NCBI GenBank assembly: GCA_964593885.1
Contig: CAZQKK010000001.1
Location: 105,929 to 169,928, forward strand
DNA: 64,000 nucleotides
Direction of reading: 5' to 3'
DNA from: an uncultured Candidatus Saccharibacteria bacterium
GTDB lineage: Bacteria > Patescibacteriota > UBA1384 > CAILIB01
The notes beneath the pieces are model-generated. The model ran no database searches. It saw only the letters and a list, made by a program, of their open reading frames with translations, and was not told where the DNA came from. The position numbers and the translations under genes were made by a program. Of this stretch, positions 39,101 through 47,842 are shown in pieces (position 1 is the stretch's first letter; every line of letters starts with the position of its first letter).

Positions 39101-40003
39101 CTTCGACCCAAGCTTCTCGTAAAGCGGGTTTACAGGAGTACCATCTTCTTTTACTACTTCCGGCCCAGGAGTAAGTAGAAACTTCGCAGCAAGAACAACT
39201 GCTTGAAATGCAGCATTGTAGAGCATTTGAGAAGCAGCAAAGGACTCCTCCATGCATTTTTTTGCTTCTTCTTTTGTGAAGCCTTCAGTTGCAAGATCAA
39301 AGGTTGACCAGTCATAACTTGCTTTTCCTTTGCTAGCACCTAAGAGCTGATCATACTTAGCCTGTATCGGATATTTTTTTCCCCCTTCAACTGGCACTCT
39401 TACCGTTACTTCTGTTTCCTCACGATCATGTTTTAACGTGATTGTTTTATTCTCGTACTCACACGGAACTGGATCAACATTCCCAGAAGTACCTATCTGC
39501 TTTTTTAGGTTTTCATTGATAGTGTAAGGTATAGAATTTGCGTTTGCTGCAGCTTGATTTATCTCAATGCACTGATTTGAGGAATTTGGAAAATCAGGCG
39601 TTGCGTTGGCATACGTTGGGTTATTATTCCTCTTACAAAAGAGAATCTTATCCTCAAGTACCCAGCTCAATTTTGAGACGTAAAGCTTTGGATCTGTATT
39701 CTGTACGCCAGCATCTTTAAAGGCTTGATCGCCGTAGTCTTTTAGCGGACCTGTCCCCCGATAATTATTACGAAATGCAATGCATAATGGAGTATTTGCT
39801 TCTTCGCTTCTGGGATTTTCAGTACCTACCTCACAAAACGAGGTAGCGCTAGCTTTTGACCACGCCCACTCATTTGAAGCAGCCTTCGCACGCTGCACAA
39901 AGCCATCTAAATCTGTAAGGTTGAGGATAAGAAAATTGGAAACAAAAAATGCGAGTAGAAGTACCCCTAGCTTCTTTGCGTATTTCCTCATATGTACCAT
40001 CAT
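36143..40003 (-). CDS. Giant polytopic membrane protein (1286 aa): signal-anchor, Cys-containing extracytoplasmic domain, about 10 TM helices in three clusters, about 450 aa K/E/A-rich coiled-coil tail. VirB6/TrbL-like topology, but no homology established
   Basis: Uninterrupted 3.86 kb ORF at about 40% GC. Hydrophobic clusters at residues about 330-390, 590-640 and 690-800. C-terminal tail of heptad-like charged repeats. Confidence 0.6.
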   Translation of the reverse strand: MMVHMRKYAKKLGVLLLAFFVSNFLILNLTDLDGFVQRAKAASNEWAWSKASATSFCEVGTENPRSEEANTPLCIAFRNNYRGTGPLKDYGDQAFKDAGVQNTDPKLYVSKLSWVLEDKILFCKRNNNPTYANATPDFPNSSNQCIEINQAAANANSIPYTINENLKKQIGTSGNVDPVPCEYENKTITLKHDREETEVTVRVPVEGGKKYPIQAKYDQLLGASKGKASYDWSTFDLATEGFTKEEAKKCMEESFAASQMLYNAAFQAVVLAAKFLLTPGPEVVKEDGTPVNPLYEKLGSKVYLGSRMISYEMMVDAARDAAQAGLIAGAVAAGIIIIGSVLLAVFTGGASLSGIWLALSIAAPIALQAFGTFAVLGAGTSALVSFAKNEIQLSGANVYNTYSTNLKPLSQAYWMMAESAMLLATTKGQANPIRESLLSSGGNGVIRTAASEVLDPEISKDQMFATAEVNTVNQVIGVGKNVAQFLNGEVAKKMNALSGRLQSADRCGNEQSPGFLTANGFMQILCVVSIAVQEFSEYLLRSSLNMLAQTAGFSGRVPSTDESSDSMFDFLVPVEIRTPPESIIGSTTNDVGKIISKTHSLILTLVNFILLLFFIFIALSNILQIQVSTYQISKMFPQLVIGLILANASIFVIRGVMEATSYVTEFFALGGYDINQLAQSLSNIGGADKVTFFYDQATGLVKSGLVMKQATLNLFIIAAAVIVFILAFLFVIRSIVFYFLTPLSALAFFSAAVKPIGFIWKQWSKNFFNWLLMPLIASFWLWLAFQFFTATSSTAQSAFGSILGYLFGMVCMVTAIKSSVGSLSGEAKMVMDKWQGMGKQAWGATGGAAGKAVKADLKDRYMTAQNLSRYGDLKRWGKNYVEERQGKLKASESGINLRSAKKQAEATEHAEEHANEARAKAQKDFADNKLTQLQYEKKIEEIEDELDKEMKKINNKRANRVNAARQKKNIMRHLEHDLDKSVQEGVTAFAEEELAKDFKSKQGKKYNKEYALVKDTQSATQIAKAELARARAANYSGIKTSDGQMKTGAALMASERRQVTVNQASARQEIANDDEKDQKEHYDRRILVDDTYIKAAKAASEGEAAISAMAGNDPEKESKIRLMAEEHKNALKRTDQYVKAYIGRDDIVNEAFSDKMVENGAVYRDIIDGKGVLDPSSTDVKTLKEHQKRVARILSLHKMIKDGGSNYKSTKSAAVQLMKVIGPDAGLQKIIDAKFTSRDAWNTVVTENYRGDNSMGTKIDNNIGDYPTNAFKVTEQSDAQNGGGNP

Positions 40004-40036
40004 ACATCAGGGAAACACCGCTCGCCAATCAATCCC

Positions 40037-40630
40037 CTACGATCCAATCCACTTCGGCGTCAGGCTATCCCGTTTCACACGTAGTTCAGCTGCTTTTTCT
40101 CGGTACGAAGCATCAAACTCAGCTAGATTGTCGTAGGTAAGCGCTAGGTAGTGGAGGGCTTCGGGGTAGTTGGCATCAAGCGAGAGAGCCCTCTCAAATG
40201 GATACCGAGCGTAGACGTACTCACCCGCCAGGAAAAAGGAGATGCCTGAGGCAACTGCTTCTTTTGGTGTTGCAAAGTTTTCGGTGGAGGCATCAATTTT
40301 GGCCACAATATCTTCTCTGTTGTGGGAAACCAGGTAGTTTCGAAGCTCTGCAATGTCTGTTTCGCCAGACTTTGCTAGCTTAAGCTGGCTTTCAGCATCA
40401 CGGTTTTCTGGGTTGAGGTTGAGAGCGCGTGTAAAGGTAGCTGAGGCATCGCTAAACTTGAGAGCTGCAAGCTGCTCGGATCCCTTCACCGTGTACCTGG
40501 TACTCATCACGTGCTGCACAGGAGAGACTGCCTGCCAGAGCACGAGTGCTAGGAGCGATAACCCAAGGAAAATGGTGGCGCAGGATCGCTTTCCGGAAAA
40601 CCTGACAGCTCCCGCTACTTGCCTGGCCAC
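40037..40630 (-). CDS. Membrane-anchored TPR-repeat protein
   Basis: N-terminal TM CATIFLGLSLLALVLW followed by TPR-like helical repeats (ALNLNPENRDAESQLKLA, ALSLDANYPEALHYLALTY). Confidence 0.55.
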   Translation of the reverse strand: MARQVAGAVRFSGKRSCATIFLGLSLLALVLWQAVSPVQHVMSTRYTVKGSEQLAALKFSDASATFTRALNLNPENRDAESQLKLAKSGETDIAELRNYLVSHNREDIVAKIDASTENFATPKEAVASGISFFLAGEYVYARYPFERALSLDANYPEALHYLALTYDNLAEFDASYREKAAELRVKRDSLTPKWIGS

Positions 40631-42840
40631 GGCGCTACAATCAGCATGGTTTCTCGCTCTGGGAGGCGCTGCCAGATGGCCTCAGTAACAAAAGGCATGA
40701 ATGGGTGGAGCATCTTGAGGCTTGATTCCAGGACATGGAAGAGGATGGAGCAGGTTGTGGCATCTACTTGTCCATTGTCATCCTTCTGAGACTTTGCCGC
40801 CTCAACGTAGACGTCGGCAAACTGGTGCCAGGTGAACTCGTGGAGGGCCTGGAGTGCTTGGGCAAACCGGTAGTTGTCCAAGTGCTCAGTAGCTTCGGAA
40901 GTTGCTTCGGCAAGTTTCGTGAGGATGTCACGGTCGGCATCGGTGAGGGTGGCGGTAGAGCCTTCGCCCAGGTCAACTGACACCATGTTGTTAGCATCCT
41001 CTGAGAAACTCACCACCGGCAGCTCGCTCACAGCTCGCTCTCCCAACTGCATAAGGACAAATCGGCTAATGTTCCACAGTTTGTTGGCAAAATTCCTCCC
41101 CCCAATGATCTTTTCCTCAGGCATAGGGATGTCAGAGCCAGCCGAAGATCCTACCAGCAAGCCAAACCTCACGGCGTCAGCGCCGTACTTAGCAACCAAA
41201 TCTACCGGGGAAACTACGTTCCCTTTGCTCTTTGACATCTTCTTCCCCTGCTTGTCCAAAACCATGCCGTGGAAGTAGACGTGCTTGAAGGGAACATCGC
41301 CACGGAGGTAGATGCCCATCATCAGCATGCGGGTTACCCAGGAGAAAATGAGGTCGCGACCCGTTTCCATAACTGTCGTTGGGTAGAAGTCATCAAGCCA
41401 GTCATTTCCCATAGCTTCCAGAACCGCCACCGGCCACTGGGAAGATGAGAACCAGGTGTCAAAGGTGTCTAGATCTTTGGCAATGTCTGGATTCTCTGGC
41501 ATTGCGGCATTGATAGGAATACCCCACCAAATCTGGCGGCTAATGTTCCAATCCCTGAGGTTTCGTAGCCAGTCAAGCTGAATTTTCTTGAAGCTCTCAG
41601 GGTGGTACTCTACCTTGCCAGCCTCAATAGCTTTGATAACCGGTTCTACGAGAGGTTCAACTTTCACGTACCACTGCGGCATGACGAGGGGCTCAATGGG
41701 TTGCATGGACTTGTAGCAGAGGGCAACCGAGTGCTTGTAGGTGGTGTCCACCTTTTCTAAGAGCCCTAGTTCTTCTAGGCGAGCCGCAATCAACTTTCTA
41801 GCTTCGGCAGCTTTTATCCCAGCAAACTCTCCTGCGATAGGAAGCAGTTTTCCGTCTAGCCCAATAATTGGAATGATTGGAAGGTTGTGTCGCTGGGCAA
41901 TCTCAAAGTCTATCGAGTCATGCGCCGGGGTGATGGTCATGGCACCGGTGCCAAACTCAGGCTTGATAGCGTCATCGGCAATCACGTGCATCTGTACCAT
42001 TTCACCAGTCGCAATCTGTACCTCAAAACTCTGGCCAATATACTGCTTGTACCTCTCGTCTTCTGGGTGCACCACAATGTGCTTGTCCCCAAACTTGGTT
42101 TCAGGCCTTACCGTGGCGATGGTGATTGGGCCGTACTTGATGTAGTAGAGGGGGTCCTGCCGCTCTTCGTGGACCAGCTCAATATCTGAGTAGGCTGTCC
42201 GGTACTTTACCGAGTAGTTTACAATCCTCTCACCCCTATAAATGAGCCCTTCCTCGTACATACTCCTGAAAGTTGTGTAGACACGATCAAGTACCGCATC
42301 GTCGAGGGTGAAGCGGTTGGCCTTCCAGTCAACGCTGGTTCCCATCATCTTAATCTGAGCCTCAATGTTCCCCTTGTTGCTCAGGGTGAATTCCATTGCC
42401 TCCTTGTAGAACTGCTCGCGTGTCATCTGGAAACGTGAGCGGCCCTCTTTTTCCAGGTGCTTTTCAAACACCACTTGCGTCTCGAGGCCAGCGTGGTCGG
42501 TGCCGGGAATCATTACCGTACGAAACCCCTTCATTCGGTGGTACCTCACCATGATGTCTTCAAGGGTGAAGGTGAGCGCATGCCCCATGTGCAGATTGCC
42601 GTTGGCGTTGGCGGGAGGCGTTACCAGGGAGAAATGGGTGTCTTTGGTATCTTCTGAGGTTTTGGCTCTCGGCGAAAAGGCGCCCATGGTTTCCCAGGCA
42701 GTGTAGGTAGGTGTTTCGTGCTCCCCGGCAACGTAGGCTTTGGGGAAGGTTTCTTCGGTGAGTTGCATACCTGGAAGTGTAGCTGATTTCTCACCTGTTT
42801 GCGAGTGATTACCAGAGGCAACCACTAACAAAACCTGCAC
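40615..42840 (-). CDS. valS: Valyl-tRNA synthetase (short form, 741 aa)
   Basis: PPANANGNLHMGHA HIGH-region, GTDHAGLETQ, KMSKSKGNVV. ValRS-type motifs. No C-terminal coiled-coil extension. Confidence 0.8.
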   Translation of the reverse strand: MQVLLVVASGNHSQTGEKSATLPGMQLTEETFPKAYVAGEHETPTYTAWETMGAFSPRAKTSEDTKDTHFSLVTPPANANGNLHMGHALTFTLEDIMVRYHRMKGFRTVMIPGTDHAGLETQVVFEKHLEKEGRSRFQMTREQFYKEAMEFTLSNKGNIEAQIKMMGTSVDWKANRFTLDDAVLDRVYTTFRSMYEEGLIYRGERIVNYSVKYRTAYSDIELVHEERQDPLYYIKYGPITIATVRPETKFGDKHIVVHPEDERYKQYIGQSFEVQIATGEMVQMHVIADDAIKPEFGTGAMTITPAHDSIDFEIAQRHNLPIIPIIGLDGKLLPIAGEFAGIKAAEARKLIAARLEELGLLEKVDTTYKHSVALCYKSMQPIEPLVMPQWYVKVEPLVEPVIKAIEAGKVEYHPESFKKIQLDWLRNLRDWNISRQIWWGIPINAAMPENPDIAKDLDTFDTWFSSSQWPVAVLEAMGNDWLDDFYPTTVMETGRDLIFSWVTRMLMMGIYLRGDVPFKHVYFHGMVLDKQGKKMSKSKGNVVSPVDLVAKYGADAVRFGLLVGSSAGSDIPMPEEKIIGGRNFANKLWNISRFVLMQLGERAVSELPVVSFSEDANNMVSVDLGEGSTATLTDADRDILTKLAEATSEATEHLDNYRFAQALQALHEFTWHQFADVYVEAAKSQKDDNGQVDATTCSILFHVLESSLKMLHPFMPFVTEAIWQRLPERETMLIVAPWPGK

Positions 42841-42872
42841 TAAGTACCAGCAAAACCTGGTAAACTAGGCTC

Positions 42873-43784
42873 ATGCAAACCAGAGACCCTCTTTCAGCTT
42901 TCCTCCACACGCCAGAATGGCAAGCACACGCAGGCGCCACACCTGATAGTGAGGGCAACCTGGTCACCAAACACTCCCTTCCAGCAGGTGGATCGTACCT
43001 TCTCTCTACCCGCACGACCATCTCAAAAAAGTGGAGCCTACCAGACCACAGCAAACAGTGGTTCATGAGGATCCAACCAGATAGCGAAGAGTCATACGCC
43101 AACCTCCTCACAATCACCAAGTCTTTCAAGCACGCTGAGGCTCACGCCATTCAGCCACGCGAAACCATGTACGTAGACCTCACCCAGTCTGAGGAAGAGC
43201 TCCTCGCAAACATGAAGCAGAAGCACAGGTACAACCTGAAAATTGCCCAGCGTGAGGGCGTGCAGGTTGAGCACATTACCAAAGATGCCGTAAAGAGCCT
43301 GGATAGATTTTGGAAGCTGCTCACCGCCACCTCTGACCGTCACACCTTCAGGCTCCACACCAAAGCCCACTACGCCTCAATTCTCACCAACCTAGGCGAA
43401 AAAGCCTCTCTCGCCTTCGCCACCCACAACGGGAAGGATGTCGCCGCCCTCATGCTCATTACTGAAGGAAAGGTTGCCACCTACCTCCACGGCGGATCGC
43501 TCTACGAGCATCGCTCCGTCATGGCTCCCTACCTCCTCCACTGGAGGCTCATGGTTTCGCTCAAAGCCAAAGGCTTCACCATGTACGACTTCTGGGGTGT
43601 CCACACCAAAGACGGTGAAGCCATCAAGGGTCACGCCTCCGAAGGGGTTTCGCGCTTCAAGCTGGGGTTTGGCGGCATCATCAAGCACTACCCACCAACC
43701 GTAGATGTTATTTTCCAGCCGTTGCGCTATAGTGCCTATAAAGCCATTCAGAGCTTCCGTAGCCGAAAACGCGCATTTGCATGA
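42873..43784 (+). CDS. FemAB-family peptidoglycan interpeptide-bridge aminoacyltransferase-like protein
   Basis: 303 aa GNAT-fold-like sequence, in a cell-wall context next to murE. No single diagnostic motif verified. Confidence 0.45.
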   Translation: MQTRDPLSAFLHTPEWQAHAGATPDSEGNLVTKHSLPAGGSYLLSTRTTISKKWSLPDHSKQWFMRIQPDSEESYANLLTITKSFKHAEAHAIQPRETMYVDLTQSEEELLANMKQKHRYNLKIAQREGVQVEHITKDAVKSLDRFWKLLTATSDRHTFRLHTKAHYASILTNLGEKASLAFATHNGKDVAALMLITEGKVATYLHGGSLYEHRSVMAPYLLHWRLMVSLKAKGFTMYDFWGVHTKDGEAIKGHASEGVSRFKLGFGGIIKHYPPTVDVIFQPLRYSAYKAIQSFRSRKRAFA

Positions 43785-45178
43785 AGATTGCTGAAAGCAT
43801 CGTAACCGCATTCCAGAATCGTCTCAGCCAGAAATCTCGCAACCGCTTCCACCTCCTTGAAGCGATCTTCTGGACGATTCGCTACAAGTTCCCCGCCCGT
43901 GGAATGCTCGTTATTGGCGTTACCGGCACAAAAGGCAAAACTACAACCGCCCACTTCATTACCTCCATTCTTGAAGAAGCCGGCTACACCGTTGGGATGG
44001 CAAGCACCACCACCTTCAAAGTGGCTGATAGGGCTTGGGTAAACGAGACCAACAAGAGCTCCATTCCTGCGCGAGAGCTACAATCACTCCTCGCCGATAT
44101 GAGAACCTCTCACTGCAACGCTCTGGTACTTGAGGTTACCTCGCACGCCTTGGACCAGAACCGCCTCTGGGGTATTCCCTTCAAGTTTGCCGCCTTCACC
44201 AACCTCACCCACGACCACCTGGACTACCACCAGTCTATGGAAGGTTACCGCGATACCAAGCTGAAACTTTTCAAACTCCCCCGCCTCAAGGCGGCTGTGG
44301 TGAATGGAGATTCTGAAGACTCTCCCATTTTCCTAGAGAAAACCCCTGCTCCCAAACGTTTGAGTGTCAGCGCTGTAACCGACCAAGCTCTCCCTAATGC
44401 CACTGACCACCTCTTTGCCTCACGCGTCTCAGCAAACTCGAGTAGCGCCTCTTTCACCATGGAGTACAACGGCGAGAGCGAGAAAGTGCAGTTACAGCTT
44501 CCAGGGAGGTTCAACATTGAGAACGCCCTCGTTGCAGCCGGTGTTGGGGTGCTCCTCAACCTCAAGCTCACCACCGTTGCAGCTGGTCTTGAGAGGCTTG
44601 AGAGAGTTCCAGGAAGGGTGGAACGAATTGAAACTCGCAAAGGTTTCACCGTCATCATTGATTACGCCCACACCCCCGATTCCCTGGAGAAACTCTACGC
44701 CACCCTCAGGCCAGACGTGCGAGGCAGAATGATTGCAGTTTTTGGCTGTACGGGAGACCGCGACAAAACCAAACGCTCAATCATGGGTTCCATTGCCGCA
44801 AGGTTCTGCGATCAGGTAATCCTCACCGAGGATGAACCCTACACTGAAGACAGCAACGCTATCATTGAGGAAATCGCCAAGGGGGTACCAAGGGGGCGAA
44901 CCCTATTCAAAGCCAGTCGCGAGCAGCTCATCAAGCAACCCAAACCACCCGTGCTCAAGAAACCCGAAGACGAGAGTGGAGAGAACATCTGGTGGTTTAA
45001 AATTCCAGATAGGGGTGAGGCAATTAAAACAGCAATCCTGCGTGGAAAGCTTGATGACGTCATCCTCATTACCGGTATGGGCGCACAAACGCGTAGAATG
45101 GTAGGTAAAGAGCTCCAGCCGTGGAGCGACCGAGAGGTGATCCTCAAGGTTCTCAACGAGGCAAACCTCAGCATCTAA
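43781..45178 (+). CDS. murE: Mur ligase (MurE-like UDP-MurNAc-tripeptide synthetase)
   Basis: VIGVTGTKGKTTTAHF P-loop and DYAHTPDSL motif. Confidence 0.8.
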   Translation: MKIAESIVTAFQNRLSQKSRNRFHLLEAIFWTIRYKFPARGMLVIGVTGTKGKTTTAHFITSILEEAGYTVGMASTTTFKVADRAWVNETNKSSIPARELQSLLADMRTSHCNALVLEVTSHALDQNRLWGIPFKFAAFTNLTHDHLDYHQSMEGYRDTKLKLFKLPRLKAAVVNGDSEDSPIFLEKTPAPKRLSVSAVTDQALPNATDHLFASRVSANSSSASFTMEYNGESEKVQLQLPGRFNIENALVAAGVGVLLNLKLTTVAAGLERLERVPGRVERIETRKGFTVIIDYAHTPDSLEKLYATLRPDVRGRMIAVFGCTGDRDKTKRSIMGSIAARFCDQVILTEDEPYTEDSNAIIEEIAKGVPRGRTLFKASREQLIKQPKPPVLKKPEDESGENIWWFKIPDRGEAIKTAILRGKLDDVILITGMGAQTRRMVGKELQPWSDREVILKVLNEANLSI

Positions 45179-45199
45179 CCCGTAAGCACGGACACCCAG

Positions 45200-45700
45200 A
45201 TGAAAAAACCACACATCAACCTACCAAAGCCCCTGCAGAAGCCGGTGAGGCTCACCCAGGTTGCCTACACCCTCCTCCTCTTCCACCTCCTCGCCGTCTT
45301 TGCGTGGCTGGTGGTTATCGCCCCCCTCTACCTCCAAGCTGACAACACCACCCAGCTCAACGACTTCTTTGCCAGCATGAGTTTCAACCTGGCGTTCCTC
45401 CTCTTCTTCATCTTTTTTGGAACCCCAGTTGTCTCGCTCATCGCTGCCTGGTTTACGCGATCCGCAAAAATTCCCCAATCAAAGACCTTCAAAGCCTACC
45501 TATGGCTCCACGTAGTCTGGTTTATCTGCCACACCGTTCTGATCATTGCTATTGCTGCATTCAGTAGGAACTACACCTCAACTGGTGGCTTCTTTGAGCT
45601 CTTCGCCATCTCCTACCCCGCTATCACCTACCCTCTCTTTGCTCTAGGAGCAGTTATTCTCTCCGTGTTGAGCATCCGTAAAATGAGCCGCACAAAGTAG
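45200..45700 (+). CDS. Membrane protein (166 aa, 4 TM)
   Basis: Hydrophobic helices; no known motif. Confidence 0.45.
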   Translation: MKKPHINLPKPLQKPVRLTQVAYTLLLFHLLAVFAWLVVIAPLYLQADNTTQLNDFFASMSFNLAFLLFFIFFGTPVVSLIAAWFTRSAKIPQSKTFKAYLWLHVVWFICHTVLIIAIAAFSRNYTSTGGFFELFAISYPAITYPLFALGAVILSVLSIRKMSRTK

Positions 45701-45702
45701 CC

Positions 45703-47838
45703 ATGCCAACTCTCCTCCTGGTAGACGGCAACGCCCTCTTCTACCGCGCCTACCACGCCTTCCCCAAAGAGCTCACCACACCAGATGGCAGGCCGAGTGG
45801 GGCAGCCTTTGGCTTCACGCGCATCCTTTTGGCGGCAATCAAGCTCCACAAGCCAACCCACCTCATTGCCTGCTTTGACACCAAGGGTGGAACTTTCAGG
45901 GACGATTTCTACGATGCCTACAAGGCAACTCGCGCTGCCATGCCTGAAGACCTCGTTTCGCAGGTGCCAATCATCTGGAACATTGTTGACACCCTCGAGA
46001 TCCCCCGCCTCTCAGTTGAGAGGTACGAGGCAGACGACCTCATTGGTACCATATCCCACCAAGCAGCTGAACACCCAGACTACAAGGTGATCATTTTGTC
46101 TGGAGACCAAGACTTGGTGCAGCTGGTAACCCCCCAGGTCTCAATGTTCTCCCCTGCCATGGGTTTTTCAAAAGCCACCCTCTACACCCCAGAGAAGGTT
46201 CTTGAAAAGTACACCTTCGCCCCTGCGCAGATGATTGACTACAAGGCACTCAGGGGTGATAGCTCAGACAACATCCCAGGAGTACCTGGCATTGGCGAGG
46301 TAACCGCAAAACAGCTCCTCTCCCAGTTCAAAACCCTCGATGGCGTCTACGAAGCGGTGAAGGCAGGTGACCCACCAGGCGTTGCGGCAGGTGTCCTCAA
46401 GAAATTGCGCGCCGGCGAGGAAAGCGCCAGGCTCAGCTACCGCCTAGCAACCATTGCTACCGATGCACCCGTGAAACTAGACCTCACCGCTGCAGGCTTG
46501 AGCATCCAGCACCCAGAGAAGCTGGTTGCTGTCTTTGAGGAGCTTGGTTTCAAGAGCCTCATCAACGAGCTCCCTAGTTCTCACAAACTTGCTACAGCGG
46601 TAGCAGATGTCTTTGGCGACCCTTCGGTTCAACCCGCAGGGGCTGAGAGCAGAGACTCCAGCACCACCCTGGACACCCAGCTCGCCCCAATCCTCAGAGC
46701 CATGGAGGAACATGGGGTTATGGTGGATACCTCCTACCTCAAGAAGCTTGAGGGTGAGTTTGCCTCCGAGATTTCTGACATTAAAGAAGCTCTCACCAAA
46801 GAGGCTGGCCAGGACTTTAACCCAGATTCTCCCGCCCAGGTCGGCACCATCCTCTACGAGGTCATGAAGATCCCAACCGAGGGAATTTCTAAGGGCAAAA
46901 CCGGCTACACCACCAACGCCGACACCCTCGAGAAAATTGCTGCTACCTACCCTATTGCAGGACTTCTCCTCAAGTACCGCGAGGTAACCAAGTTGCAATC
47001 TACCTACATCAAGCCTCTCCAAGAGCTCACCGATACAGAACACCGGATCCACACTTCCTACGCACCTGATACCGCTACAGGGCGAATCTCTTCGCGCAAC
47101 CCAAACCTCCAGAATATTCCCGTCAGGTCTGAGCAAGGCAAGCGCATCAGGCAGGCTTTCATCGCCCCCAAGGGTAGTGTTCTGGTGGCAGCAGACTACT
47201 CCCAGATTGAGCTCCGGGTTGCTGCCCACCTATCAGGTGATCCTGTCATGGTAGAGGCTTTCAAGAGCGGCAAAGACTTCCACGCCGAGACTGCCGCGCG
47301 TATGGGAGTAGATAGGCGGGTAGCAAAAATCATCAACTTCTCCATCCTCTATGGAAAGGGTGCCTTTGGGTTCTCACAGGATCTCGGCATCTCGATGGCA
47401 GAAGCCAAGGAGTACATTGAGCAGTACTTTGTCACCTTCAAGGTGCTCAAGAGCTACATTGATTCGCTCCTCACCCAGGCAAAGGTTGATGGCTACGTTA
47501 CCACCCTCATGGGACGAAGACGCGAGCTGCCAGACCTCACCGCCAGCAACTTCCAGCGGAGGAGTGCAGCCGAGCGTGAAGCGGTAAACCTCCCCATCCA
47601 AGGCACCGCTGCCGAGATTCTCAAAAAAGCAATGGTAGACCTCGCCGGAAAGCTGAAGCACGGAACGATGATTCTCACGGTACACGACGAACTTGTCCTT
47701 GAAGTGCCAGCGGAACACGTGACTGAAACCGCTAAGCTCCTCCGAGAAACGATGGAACACGCCGTAGAGCTCATCGTACCAGTTGAGGTACAGCTGAAAA
47801 CGGGTACCGACTGGGCAAACCTCACCCCGCTTTCGTAA
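45703..47838 (+). CDS. polA: DNA polymerase I, 5'-3' exonuclease + polymerase domains only (711 aa, no 3'-5' exonuclease domain)
   Basis: N-terminal FEN motif LLLVDGNALFYRAYHAF. Polymerase motifs DYSQIELRV, RRVAKIINFSILYG, VHDELVLEV. Confidence 0.9.
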   Translation: MPTLLLVDGNALFYRAYHAFPKELTTPDGRPSGAAFGFTRILLAAIKLHKPTHLIACFDTKGGTFRDDFYDAYKATRAAMPEDLVSQVPIIWNIVDTLEIPRLSVERYEADDLIGTISHQAAEHPDYKVIILSGDQDLVQLVTPQVSMFSPAMGFSKATLYTPEKVLEKYTFAPAQMIDYKALRGDSSDNIPGVPGIGEVTAKQLLSQFKTLDGVYEAVKAGDPPGVAAGVLKKLRAGEESARLSYRLATIATDAPVKLDLTAAGLSIQHPEKLVAVFEELGFKSLINELPSSHKLATAVADVFGDPSVQPAGAESRDSSTTLDTQLAPILRAMEEHGVMVDTSYLKKLEGEFASEISDIKEALTKEAGQDFNPDSPAQVGTILYEVMKIPTEGISKGKTGYTTNADTLEKIAATYPIAGLLLKYREVTKLQSTYIKPLQELTDTEHRIHTSYAPDTATGRISSRNPNLQNIPVRSEQGKRIRQAFIAPKGSVLVAADYSQIELRVAAHLSGDPVMVEAFKSGKDFHAETAARMGVDRRVAKIINFSILYGKGAFGFSQDLGISMAEAKEYIEQYFVTFKVLKSYIDSLLTQAKVDGYVTTLMGRRRELPDLTASNFQRRSAAEREAVNLPIQGTAAEILKKAMVDLAGKLKHGTMILTVHDELVLEVPAEHVTETAKLLRETMEHAVELIVPVEVQLKTGTDWANLTPLS

Positions 47839-47842
47839 CCAC

